The position numbers were made by a program, and so were the translations under genes. A stretch of 64,000 nt of DNA from an uncultured Gammaproteobacteria bacterium. GTDB lineage: Bacteria; Pseudomonadota; Gammaproteobacteria; Steroidobacterales; Rariloculaceae. Shown piece after piece: positions 18,114 through 26,154 of the stretch (positions within the stretch are counted from its first letter, which is position 1; every line of letters begins with the position of its first letter). The notes under the pieces are model-generated. The model did no database searches. It was given only the letters and a program-made list of their open reading frames with translations, and was not told the DNA's origin. The stretch is from assembly GCA_964388365.1 (NCBI GenBank), contig CAYMAF010000001.1:3526-67525 (forward strand). The letters are read 5' to 3'.

Positions 18114-18542
18114 TCAGCGCAAGCGTGCTTCGAGCGAAATCTCGGCCTTCAGCAGCTTCGAGACGGGACAGCCGGCCTTGGCGTTCTCGGCAATCCGCCG
18201 AAACGCCGCCTCGTCGATGTCCGGGATCTCTGCATCGAGCGCGAGCGCGACGGCGGTGATCGTGAAGCCTTCGCCGTCTTTCTCGAGCGTGACGGCCGCC
18301 TCGGTGCTCATCCGCGTCGCTTTGTAGCCCTCCTGCTCGAGCATCAGGGATAGCGCCATCGTGAAACATCCGGCGTGTGCCGCGGCGATCAGCTCCTCGG
18401 GATTCGTGCCGGTGGCCTTCTCGAACCGCGTCCCGAACCCGTACGGCTGCTCTTTGAGAACACCGCTCTCCACCGAGAGCGTGCCTCGGCCGTCCTTCAA
18501 ACCGCCGCTCCAGACGGCCGAGCCGCTGCGCGTGATCTTCAT
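18114..18542 (-). CDS. osmC: OsmC family peroxiredoxin
   Basis: MKITRSGSAVWSGGLKDGRGTLS...NPEELIAAAHAGCFTMALS...AKAGCPVSKLL. Both conserved Cys contexts of OsmC are present. Confidence 0.9.
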   Translation of the reverse strand: MKITRSGSAVWSGGLKDGRGTLSVESGVLKEQPYGFGTRFEKATGTNPEELIAAAHAGCFTMALSLMLEQEGYKATRMSTEAAVTLEKDGEGFTITAVALALDAEIPDIDEAAFRRIAENAKAGCPVSKLLKAEISLEARLR

Positions 18543-18620
18543 CTCGTCTCTCCTAAAAAGGACGATCGTGATGGGATCACTATACTGGATACGAGATGGA
18601 ATGGCGCCGCGGCCCGGCGC

Positions 18621-19523
18621 CTATCGGAATAACAGCATCAGCAACGGGATATAGGCGAGACCGACGAGAATCGACAGCGAGACCGTCGTCGTCGTGAGCT
18701 GCATGTCGAGCTTCGCGAGCGACGTGAACGTCAATGCCATGAATCCGATCGGCGCGGCGCTGCATAGGGCGACGACGGCGAAGGTCTCTCCTTCGAAGCC
18801 GGCGAGCGTCGCGAAGCCGAGGCCGAATACGAGACCGAGCCCCATCCGAACGGCGAGCGCGAGGCCGGCGAGCCGCGCATCCTTCAATGACAACGAGAAC
18901 GAGATGCCGAGCGCGATCAGGATCAGCGGCGCCGTCATGCCGGCGAGCGGATCGATGATCCGGGTCACGAACGGGGGCAGCGCGACGCCGGCGGCCGACA
19001 GCACCACGCCGAGCACGAGGGCGGAGAAGACCGGCGCTTTGACGATCCGTTTGAACATCGACGCGCGGTCGAATCGCTCGTCGCTGTAACGGAACGCCGT
19101 CGCGTACGTGACCGTCGCGACCATCAGCGCATTGCCGAAGTCGAACAGCACGGCGTCGGCGAAGCCGCTGTCGCCGTAGACCGCGAGGATGAACGGGAAC
19201 ATGAAGGCGTTGTTGACGATCATCGTGCTCATCGCCATGGAGCCTTGGGTGGCTCTCGATAGGCGCATCGGCCGCGTCGCGAGCAGCGCGACGCCGAGGC
19301 AAAGCACGTTCACGACGATGTTCGCGACCGGCAGCAGCGCTTTGTCGGCGCTGATGCGCGTCTCGGACACGGCCGTCAGGATCAACAGCGGCAGCGTGAC
19401 GAAGAAGACGAAGCGGAGAACGAAGTCGCCGTGCGAGCGGTCCGCGACGCCGGCAGCGCGAATCAGCACGCCTATCAGGAAGTAGACGAAGATCGGCGCG
19501 AGCTGTACGAGGATCTCCGGCAT
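18621..19523 (-). CDS. AEC (auxin efflux carrier) family transporter
   Basis: A 300-aa polytopic protein: MPEILVQLAPIFVYFLIGVLIRAAGV, FVFFVTLPLLILTAV, ending in a repeated TM bundle. Confidence 0.85.
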   Translation of the reverse strand: MPEILVQLAPIFVYFLIGVLIRAAGVADRSHGDFVLRFVFFVTLPLLILTAVSETRISADKALLPVANIVVNVLCLGVALLATRPMRLSRATQGSMAMSTMIVNNAFMFPFILAVYGDSGFADAVLFDFGNALMVATVTYATAFRYSDERFDRASMFKRIVKAPVFSALVLGVVLSAAGVALPPFVTRIIDPLAGMTAPLILIALGISFSLSLKDARLAGLALAVRMGLGLVFGLGFATLAGFEGETFAVVALCSAAPIGFMALTFTSLAKLDMQLTTTTVSLSILVGLAYIPLLMLLFR

Positions 19524-19571
19524 CGAGCGACGCGGCCGCCGTGGTTGCGAATGGGGCGAGCGCGCCGAGCG

Positions 19572-21326
19572 CTAGCGCTCGGCGGTCTCCGCAGGCTCCA
19601 TCCCGTATCGCCGCTTCGTCTCGGCGGTCTCGGGCGACGCGAGAAACTCGAGCAGCTCGCGGGCCTCGTCCGAGCGAGCGCTATGCGCGCCGACTCCGGC
19701 CGAGAAGATCGTGACACTCTGAATCGCGGCCGGCACGAGCCCGAGCACGTCGATTCCGTCGCGGCCGATCAGCTCGCTGAGCTGCTGGAATCCGATCTCC
19801 GCCTTGCCTTCCGCGACGAGCGACGCGACCGGCACGCCCGGCGGCGGCACGACGATACGGTCGCGAATCGCGTCGAGGATGCCCCAGCGCTCGAAGACCT
19901 TCTCGAGATGCCGGCCGCTCGGTCCAGTGGAATAGCTGAGCGACCGGGCGGCTTCGACGGCCTGCTTCACGGCTGCTTCCGAGCCGAGGTCCGGACGTGG
20001 CGCGCCCGCGCGGACCGCGACCGCGATCGGCGAGCGCACGATGTCGACGCGGCCGGGACGCAGCCGGCTCTCGCCGATCAGCGAGTCGATGACGTCGCTC
20101 GCGAGGACGACGACGTCGAACTCCTCGCCGGCGCGGACCCGTTTGGCGACGTCGACGCCTCCCGCGGCCTCGGTGTCGACGGCTCGTCCCGTTGCCTCGC
20201 GATAGCGCTCGGCCAGCTCCGCGAGCAAGCTGCGCGTCGCCATCGACGAGATGACTCTCAGCGGCACTTCGTTCACTCGAATATCCCTGTCGAATTGACC
20301 GCCGGTACTGTACCTGCTTTCGGTGCCGTCTGGGTACGCGTTGCGCTGCTCGCGGCCAGGGTGCGTCCGGGATCGCGCGCGGGGTTGCGCTTCCGGCCGC
20401 TCGATCGGCTGATCGAACTCGTAGAGGGCGAAGCTCGATCCGCGGCGGGCCTCGATCGTGACCGTGCAATCGCGTCCGGCCGGCAGCCCCCACTCGACGC
20501 CGCGCTTCCAGCGAAGCCGCGTCTTGCGTCCGTCGCACTCGAGCTCGACGGAGCGAATCCTTCCATGCAGGTGCGCGATCGTGAACGTGTGATGCCGAAG
20601 CTCTCCGCTCCACGGCGCATCGCCGATCTCGATGCTCACGATTCGGGCCGCATCGTACGGCAGCGAGCCGTCGTCGGACGTTCTTTCGCTCCACACCGTC
20701 GGAATCGCTGCCGCGTCGATCGGATCCTGTCCGTCGAGCGTGCGCTTGAGGCTCGCATACCGAGCGAGCGCGCGCTGCAGCTCCTCGTCCTCGGCTGCGA
20801 GCCGTCTCAGTTCCTCGTCGAAGAGCGCCTGCTTCGTTTGCGCGTGGACCAGATAGGGATCGGCGCTGCCGCTATAACCTTCCGTGATCCACAGGAAGGC
20901 GTCTCGGCCGATACTCGCGTGAGTCTCCGTCCAAAACCTGGGCACACAGACGCGCCGGGGAATCTGCGAGTTCATCGGCTTCTCATTCCGGCAGTGAACG
21001 TCGAACTCGTCCCGGCTGTTGATCTCGTTGAAACGCGAGTAGAGCGCCTCCTCGGCGAGCCGAAGCTCGGCGCGGAGCACCGAGCGCTGCCGTCCTCGGA
21101 CGACGACTTCCTCGTCGATCGCGGGCTCCTCGGCGTGTCGCGGGTCTTCGTCCGCCGCGGTTTCGGAGGCCGCTCCTTCCGCCGCTCCGAAAAGCCCTGA
21201 GAAGGCGCAGCACAACAGCGCGCCCACGGCGAGGATCCGCGGTGGCGCAGAGCTCGCCGTCGCGTTGCCGGCGTCAGAGCGGATTCGCCGCAGCGGCTCG
21301 GTCCGGCCAGGGCCGTGCATCATGTC
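19572..21326 (-). CDS. Two-module ORF: secreted hypothetical domain joined in frame to a complete ModA-like periplasmic substrate-binding domain
   Basis: ORF 19572..21431. ATG at 21326 (MMHGPG...RILAVGALLCCAFSGLFGAAEGA signal). The module from 20276 to 19572 is a full-length PBP: LRVISSMATRSLLAELAERY, FDVVVLASDVIDSL, IAVAVRAGAPRPD, AEIGFQQLSELI, TIFSAGVGAHS. It has its own possible GTG at 20276 or ATG at 20243. No stop codon separates the two modules. Confidence 0.65.
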   Translation of the reverse strand, partial: DMMHGPGRTEPLRRIRSDAGNATASSAPPRILAVGALLCCAFSGLFGAAEGAASETAADEDPRHAEEPAIDEEVVVRGRQRSVLRAELRLAEEALYSRFNEINSRDEFDVHCRNEKPMNSQIPRRVCVPRFWTETHASIGRDAFLWITEGYSGSADPYLVHAQTKQALFDEELRRLAAEDEELQRALARYASLKRTLDGQDPIDAAAIPTVWSERTSDDGSLPYDAARIVSIEIGDAPWSGELRHHTFTIAHLHGRIRSVELECDGRKTRLRWKRGVEWGLPAGRDCTVTIEARRGSSFALYEFDQPIERPEAQPRARSRTHPGREQRNAYPDGTESRYSTGGQFDRDIRVNEVPLRVISSMATRSLLAELAERYREATGRAVDTEAAGGVDVAKRVRAGEEFDVVVLASDVIDSLIGESRLRPGRVDIVRSPIAVAVRAGAPRPDLGSEAAVKQAVEAARSLSYSTGPSGRHLEKVFERWGILDAIRDRIVVPPPGVPVASLVAEGKAEIGFQQLSELIGRDGIDVLGLVPAAIQSVTIFSAGVGAHSARSDEARELLEFLASPETAETKRRYGMEPAETAER

Positions 21327-21437
21327 GTCTCGCCGATCGGATGGAACGAGTATAGCAACGAGCGGATCAGAGCCTGGAAGCCGTGTCGCCGAGCGAGGCT
21401 TCGCGACGATCACGAACCCGCGGTCGGGCACACGTAT

Positions 21438-23912
21438 TCAGGAAGCCGGCGGCTCGCCGAGCAAGATGCCGCGCAGCTCGTCGATCAGTGCTTTCGAATG
21501 CGGCAGATGCGGTTCCTCGGCGGCGAGCACGACGGCGAATGCGCGGCGCTTGAGCGCGGCGACGTCCAGCGTCGAGAGCGCGTCCGCTCCGGCCGAATCG
21601 CAGACGATGTCGATGAGGCGGTCGATCGCCTGAAGCCGGCCGATCAGATAGTCGTTCTCGCGGAACGCTCGAGAGAAGAACGCGCCGAAATGCATGAAAG
21701 ACGTTCCTTTGAGCGTCGCTCGGTCGCCCATCGCGGCGAACGTCGGCGAGTCCTCGGGACTGATCCGGTCGACGCGGATCTCGTCGAACTCGCCGAGATC
21801 CCGCCAGCTCGTGACGGTCAGCGTCAGCACGTCCCAGAACGGAAAGCCGATGTAGTTGACGAGCACCTCGCGGCGCGCGGTGGCTGACCACTTGTGGGCA
21901 TCCATTCCCGCGAGCAGCTCGTCGAGCTCGTCCGTGAGACTGCCGAGATCGAGCTCGGCCGCGAGCCGCTCCATCGCGTGCGTGATCTCGGCCTCGCGCG
22001 CGCCGACGAGCTCCTCGGCATCACGCTCGAGCGCTTCGGGCAGCATCGATGCGGGCCGCGCTGCGAAGAGGGCTTGGAGCTCGGCGGCGAGCGCATACGA
22101 GTAATGCTCGGGCTCGTCGCAACGGCGCAAGCGCTCGAGGCACGCGTAGAACTCCCGCTTCAGACCGTCAATCTGTCGGCGCTCCTCGCCGAGATCGTCG
22201 TCCGACAGCATCGCATAGAGACGGTTCTGGGCCTGAATCAGAAAAGCGAGACGCCGCCTGCGGAAATCGACGTCGAACGCGCGCACGAACTGGACCGAAG
22301 CCGGCGCGGTCGAGCCGTCCGGGGCCGCGGAGCCTTTTCCGTCCGCGATGCCGCGGCGCCGCGCCCATGCCGCGACGATCGCCTCCGCTGCGCGCACCGC
22401 CGCCGGGTCCTCTCTCGCGCCGCAGACCGACGCGATCAAGCGCGCAACGTGCGTCTGCACGTCGTCGAGCTTGCGGCGAATATAGCCTTGATACGCGAAG
22501 CCCGCATTGCGCGCCGCATGCTCGTTCGCCGCTCGCCGCCACGCGCGAACCCGTGCCGGGTCGAGCGGACCGTCGATTTGGGCTTCGTGCAGCTCGGTGA
22601 CGAGGCGGGCGATCTCGGGCCGCGCGGAATCGACGATCGCGCGGCGCTTACGCACGCGCTCGTTGAACGCGGAGATCAGCTCGAGCTGCTCGCCGATCGG
22701 CTGATTGCGCGGCAGGTCCGAGAGGGCGCCTTTGAGCGTCGCGAAGAAACCGGGTCTGCGGCCGCTCGGCGGCGGCGCGGGCTGCGCCGGGTCAGGGTCG
22801 ATATACACGAGCCGGCGATCGACCTGCCGGTACGCGGGCCGTGTGCGCAGCGCGTCGAGCGCTTCGGCGAATGGCCGGTTGTTCAGCACGCTGCCGTCGA
22901 TGAAGGACGTCGCCTCGGGGTCGAGCCCTGCACGATGGTAGGCGCGGAATCCCGTCCGGATGAACTCGTCGCGATGGGGCCAGTCACGGCCGATCGCCGC
23001 GAGCAGCGCATCCATCTCGCGGATCTGCGCGGGAGGGAAGGCGCCCGGATAGGCGGACGTCGCTCGCGCGGCGAATGCGAGCGCCGGCGCGTTCCCGCGC
23101 ACGAAATCGCTCCGTACCTCGCCGCTCGGGAATCGGCTGTAGCGGAAGTGCAGGACGTGCCGATGCTCGCGGTCGCGAATCAGCGGAGGATCGTGTATCG
23201 GGAGGAGCCGTTGATAGCCGTAAAAATCCGTGACCGTGACGAACAGGTCGAGCGTGAGGCCGGCCGGCAGCAGCGAGCGAGACTCGTCGGCCGGATCGCC
23301 CATCCGATCGACGGCCGCGAACATCAGCGCGCTCATCTTCGGTCCGTCCAAAGGCGGTCGGAACCAGCGCGAGCGCACGAACAGCGACAGCTTCTGCCTC
23401 ACTTCGCTGTCGCGGATCCCGCCGAGGGAATCGCTCCAGCCGAGCGCCCAGACGAACGGGCCCATGAACGGCTTGCTCCAGCGGCGTGCACGATGAGACT
23501 CGGCGAGCAGCTCCGTGACGTCGCCGGATTCGAGCCACATGTCCCGAAGATGCGCGACTGGAAGATCGTGGGCGAGCGCGCGCGCGAGCATGACGCCGTT
23601 GATCCCCCCGGCCGAGGCGCCCGCGATCACGTCGACGATGACGCGCAAGTCGACGCGGCGGCCGATCTCCCGCAGCAGGTCGAAGTAGACGATCTCGGTG
23701 TCGTGCTCGGGATCGTCCGGCGAGAGATGGTCCTCGGCGCGCGCGTCGGCGCGAGCCGAGCGATCGGCGATCGCGTGCAACGCCCGCGAGGCCCGAACGA
23801 GCTTCAGGATCTCCTTGCTGACGCCGTGCATGTAAACGGCGAGCGAGACGCCGCCGAACCAGACGAGCGCCAGGCGCAGCTCCTTCTCTTGCATCGCGCC
23901 ATTAAACCGCAT
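21438..23912 (-). CDS. Large patatin-like phospholipase (patatin domain plus long C-terminal region, DUF3376-type architecture)
   Basis: ORF 21438..24206. Likely starts are the ATG at 23912 or 23894 (MQEKELRLALVWFGGVSLAVYMHG). Nucleophile elbow IAGASAGGINGV and catalytic Asp context SFIDGSVLNNRPF. The ORF sequence upstream of 23912 is the antisense of the EF-hand gene repeat. Confidence 0.85.
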   Translation of the reverse strand: MRFNGAMQEKELRLALVWFGGVSLAVYMHGVSKEILKLVRASRALHAIADRSARADARAEDHLSPDDPEHDTEIVYFDLLREIGRRVDLRVIVDVIAGASAGGINGVMLARALAHDLPVAHLRDMWLESGDVTELLAESHRARRWSKPFMGPFVWALGWSDSLGGIRDSEVRQKLSLFVRSRWFRPPLDGPKMSALMFAAVDRMGDPADESRSLLPAGLTLDLFVTVTDFYGYQRLLPIHDPPLIRDREHRHVLHFRYSRFPSGEVRSDFVRGNAPALAFAARATSAYPGAFPPAQIREMDALLAAIGRDWPHRDEFIRTGFRAYHRAGLDPEATSFIDGSVLNNRPFAEALDALRTRPAYRQVDRRLVYIDPDPAQPAPPPSGRRPGFFATLKGALSDLPRNQPIGEQLELISAFNERVRKRRAIVDSARPEIARLVTELHEAQIDGPLDPARVRAWRRAANEHAARNAGFAYQGYIRRKLDDVQTHVARLIASVCGAREDPAAVRAAEAIVAAWARRRGIADGKGSAAPDGSTAPASVQFVRAFDVDFRRRRLAFLIQAQNRLYAMLSDDDLGEERRQIDGLKREFYACLERLRRCDEPEHYSYALAAELQALFAARPASMLPEALERDAEELVGAREAEITHAMERLAAELDLGSLTDELDELLAGMDAHKWSATARREVLVNYIGFPFWDVLTLTVTSWRDLGEFDEIRVDRISPEDSPTFAAMGDRATLKGTSFMHFGAFFSRAFRENDYLIGRLQAIDRLIDIVCDSAGADALSTLDVAALKRRAFAVVLAAEEPHLPHSKALIDELRGILLGEPPAS

Positions 23913-24060
23913 TCCGGCCGCGCCGACGCTGTACGGGTCCGCAGAACGCGTCCGCGCTGGCCGCGTTCGTGTCGATCCTGCGCGTTGCGCTGAGTGCCTG
24001 GCACGCGGATTGCAGCCTTCGCTCGCCGGCATCGTCTCGAGGCGCCGGCAAGGAGGCCCG

Positions 24061-24669
24061 ATGAAAGTGGTGATCAGTTTGACGACGGTCTGCGCGGTGT
24101 CGCTACTCGGCGCGGCCGCGGCGCAGCAGCAGGAGCCGACCCAGCCCCAGACGACCCAGCCGCAGACGACCCAGCCGGAGGCGACTCGGCAGACTCGCGA
24201 AGGCATTCCGGTGACGCAGCATCAGGAGGAAGCGCTCAAGGATATCGGGCCGGACGCGATGAGGCGTCTCGACGAGGACGGGGACGGCTCGATCTCGCGA
24301 GAGGAAGCGGCGGCGGAGCCGACGTTGGCCGAGCGCTGGGACGAGTACGACCGGAACTCTGACCAGGTGCTCGACTCCGACGAGCTTTCCGCGCTCGGGC
24401 AGCCCGGCTCGTTCGAGGAGCAGGACGTCGAGATCGCGCGCGGAGAGGTCACCGAGGAAGGTCTGCCGACGACGCGTCATCAGCAGGAGGTGACCGGCGA
24501 GCAGCAGGCGCCCGGCGGGCTCATCGAGCGACTCGATACCGACGCCGACGGTGCGATCTCGAAGTCGGAAGCGCAGGGCTCGACCCGGCTCGTCGAGCAA
24601 TGGGACCAGCTCGATCGCAACGGCGACGGGCAGCTCGATTCGAGCGAGCTAGGCGGGCTCGCGGAGTAG
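24061..24669 (+). CDS. Secreted EF-hand calcium-binding protein (four DxDxDG-type loops)
   Basis: Within ORF 24010..24669. The ATG at 24061 gives signal MKVVISLTTVCAVSLLGAAAA. Loops: DEDGDGSISREE, DRNSDQVLDSDE, DTDADGAISKSE, DRNGDGQLDSSE. Confidence 0.85.
   Translation: MKVVISLTTVCAVSLLGAAAAQQQEPTQPQTTQPQTTQPEATRQTREGIPVTQHQEEALKDIGPDAMRRLDEDGDGSISREEAAAEPTLAERWDEYDRNSDQVLDSDELSALGQPGSFEEQDVEIARGEVTEEGLPTTRHQQEVTGEQQAPGGLIERLDTDADGAISKSEAQGSTRLVEQWDQLDRNGDGQLDSSELGGLAE
24139..24183 (+). repeat. Three tandem 15-bp units (acccagccNcagacg) encoding TQPQT-TQPQT-TQPEA
   Basis: Read directly: acccagccccagacg / acccagccgcagacg / acccagccggaggcg. They sit inside the EF-hand gene just after the signal peptide. 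Confidence 0.8.
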
Positions 24670-24764
24670 CCGCTACGGCTCGATGATCCGCGGGGACGCT
24701 GTACTTCGATGACGGGAGACTCGTTCCCGCCGATCTCGGGCTGGTCGGTTGCGGGCGCAAGCGC

Positions 24765-25166
24765 TCAGAACATCGATCCGCCCGGAACGACCGGCGTGCC
24801 GTCCTGCCAGGTCGGGTGGCGGCCTTGGATCAGCACGCCGTGCACTCCGTCCGCGGCGGCCGGCTTGCCCCGCACGACGATGATATCGCCGGGCTTGAAC
24901 GTGTCGGCCGAATAGCCCTGGCGTTTCAGGTGCACGACGGCTGCGCCGCCGTAGCTGACGTCCCATTCGCGGATGGTGCCGTCTTCGGCTTCCGCCTCGA
25001 CGATCAGATACGGATGCGGATTGATGAAACGCCATTCGACGACCTTGCCGACGAGCTCGATCTCCCGGTCTTGGTGATAAAGACTGCGGGTGCTGTGGTG
25101 CGCGCCGGCGCCTGCGCTCGCCAGGACGCACGCGAGGACGGCCAGGCCGGTTCCGAATCGTCTCAT
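24765..25166 (-). CDS. DUF6152-like small secreted protein
   Basis: The last 133 codons of ORF 24765..25832. ATG at 25166. Signal MRRFGTGLAVLACVLASAGAGA followed by HHSTRSLY. Motifs VGKVVEWRFINPHPYLIV and GDIIVVRGKP. The ATG overlaps the stop of the upstream gene (ATGA). Confidence 0.8.
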   Translation of the reverse strand: MRRFGTGLAVLACVLASAGAGAHHSTRSLYHQDREIELVGKVVEWRFINPHPYLIVEAEAEDGTIREWDVSYGGAAVVHLKRQGYSADTFKPGDIIVVRGKPAAADGVHGVLIQGRHPTWQDGTPVVPGGSMF

Positions 25167-25957
25167 CGCGGCACACTCCTGCTCGGCGCTTGGTATTCGA
25201 TGCGCTCGATCGGCGGGTCGTCGGGGTAGCTCGGCGGCAGCAGTCTCAGCGAATGCCGAGCCGCGTCGAGATCGCATTCCCACGACGCTTCCCATTCGCC
25301 GTCGAACGGCCGCGACGTCACGCGGAACGACCACGGCGCCTTCAGGAAGAACGTGTCGATCGTCGCGACCTCGAGCACGAGGTTCTCTCCGTCCCGAAAG
25401 AGACGCTCCGTGACCCGCTTCTGCGTCGACGACGGGATGCGAAAGTCCGCATTGAGACCCTGCGGGTCGAACGTGAAGCGGTCGGTCGTCACGATCAGCG
25501 CGCCGTCCTCGTAACGTCCCGTCGAATAGCCGAAATAAAAGAACTCGTTGACCGCCGGGTCCGGCGCGTGACCTTCGAGCCACACGGTCCTCACGACGTC
25601 GTCCTTGCCGTAGCGGATCAGGATCCGATCTTCGTGCTGCTCGATGCGGTAGGCATAGGGGTCGGTCCAAAGATGCGGCACGGAGATCGGCGCGCAGTCG
25701 TACTTCGGTTGAGCCGCCTCGTCGATCGTATCGCGATACGCTTTCGCGCGCCGGGTCAGCAGCGGGTCGTCCTCGTCGAGTACCATGCATGAGAGGTCGA
25801 AGCCGGCGGCGTCGCAGCTTCCGAACTGCCATGTTCCGGAAAGGTCCGGGATCGGCTCGGCGGCACCGGCCGATGCGAGCAGCGCGGACGTCAGGACTTG
25901 TGCCGCGATCGTCTTCGAATGCCGTCCGAGCCCGCCTTTCGAGCCTGAGCCTGTCAT
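25163..25957 (-). CDS. Secreted hypothetical protein, short form of the repeated family (partner of DUF6152-like gene)
   Basis: The ATG at 25957 is preceded by GGAAGGAGG. Signal ...VLTSALLASAGAA. Shares YDCAPISVP, RILIRYGKDDVVRTVWLEGH, GYSTGRYEDGALIVTTD, VTERLF and SWEC with 34846..35679 and the C-terminal half of 2320..3354. Confidence 0.8.
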   Translation of the reverse strand: MTGSGSKGGLGRHSKTIAAQVLTSALLASAGAAEPIPDLSGTWQFGSCDAAGFDLSCMVLDEDDPLLTRRAKAYRDTIDEAAQPKYDCAPISVPHLWTDPYAYRIEQHEDRILIRYGKDDVVRTVWLEGHAPDPAVNEFFYFGYSTGRYEDGALIVTTDRFTFDPQGLNADFRIPSSTQKRVTERLFRDGENLVLEVATIDTFFLKAPWSFRVTSRPFDGEWEASWECDLDAARHSLRLLPPSYPDDPPIERIEYQAPSRSVPR

Positions 25958-26154
25958 CCAGCCTCCTTCCGAGAACAGGCCACCTCCGGTGCGATCGCGG
26001 CCGTAGGATGCTCGCTCGTCATTCTATGATGCCGCGCGGCCAGGTTGTCCATTTCGCGGCTTGCGTCGGCGGCTCCGGGTCGCGGTAGACTAGCGGCGGA
26101 GCGCCGCGCCCGGAGAGGCCGATTCGAGCGGCGCCCGACTCCCGGGGGGCTTCG

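Noticed and set aside
21438-23912. Patatin gene as a CBASS/other anti-phage effector
   Set aside because: There is no adjacent cyclase, E1/E2, sensor NTPase or other defence partner. The size and C-terminal region fit the widespread stand-alone large patatin architecture, so I kept it only as a moderate-interest finding.
19431-24000. Long plus-strand ORFs 19431..21200 and 21894..23993
   Set aside because: They are antisense shadows of the two-module secreted/PBP gene and of the patatin gene. No motifs.
23913-24206. N-terminal 98 codons of the 922-aa patatin ORF (MPSRVCRVASGWVVCGWVVWGWV...)
   Set aside because: This stretch is the reverse complement of the EF-hand gene's signal peptide and 15-bp repeats. 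The conserved patatin N-terminus (KELRLALVWFGGVSLAVYMHG) begins right after the ATGs at 23912 and 23894.
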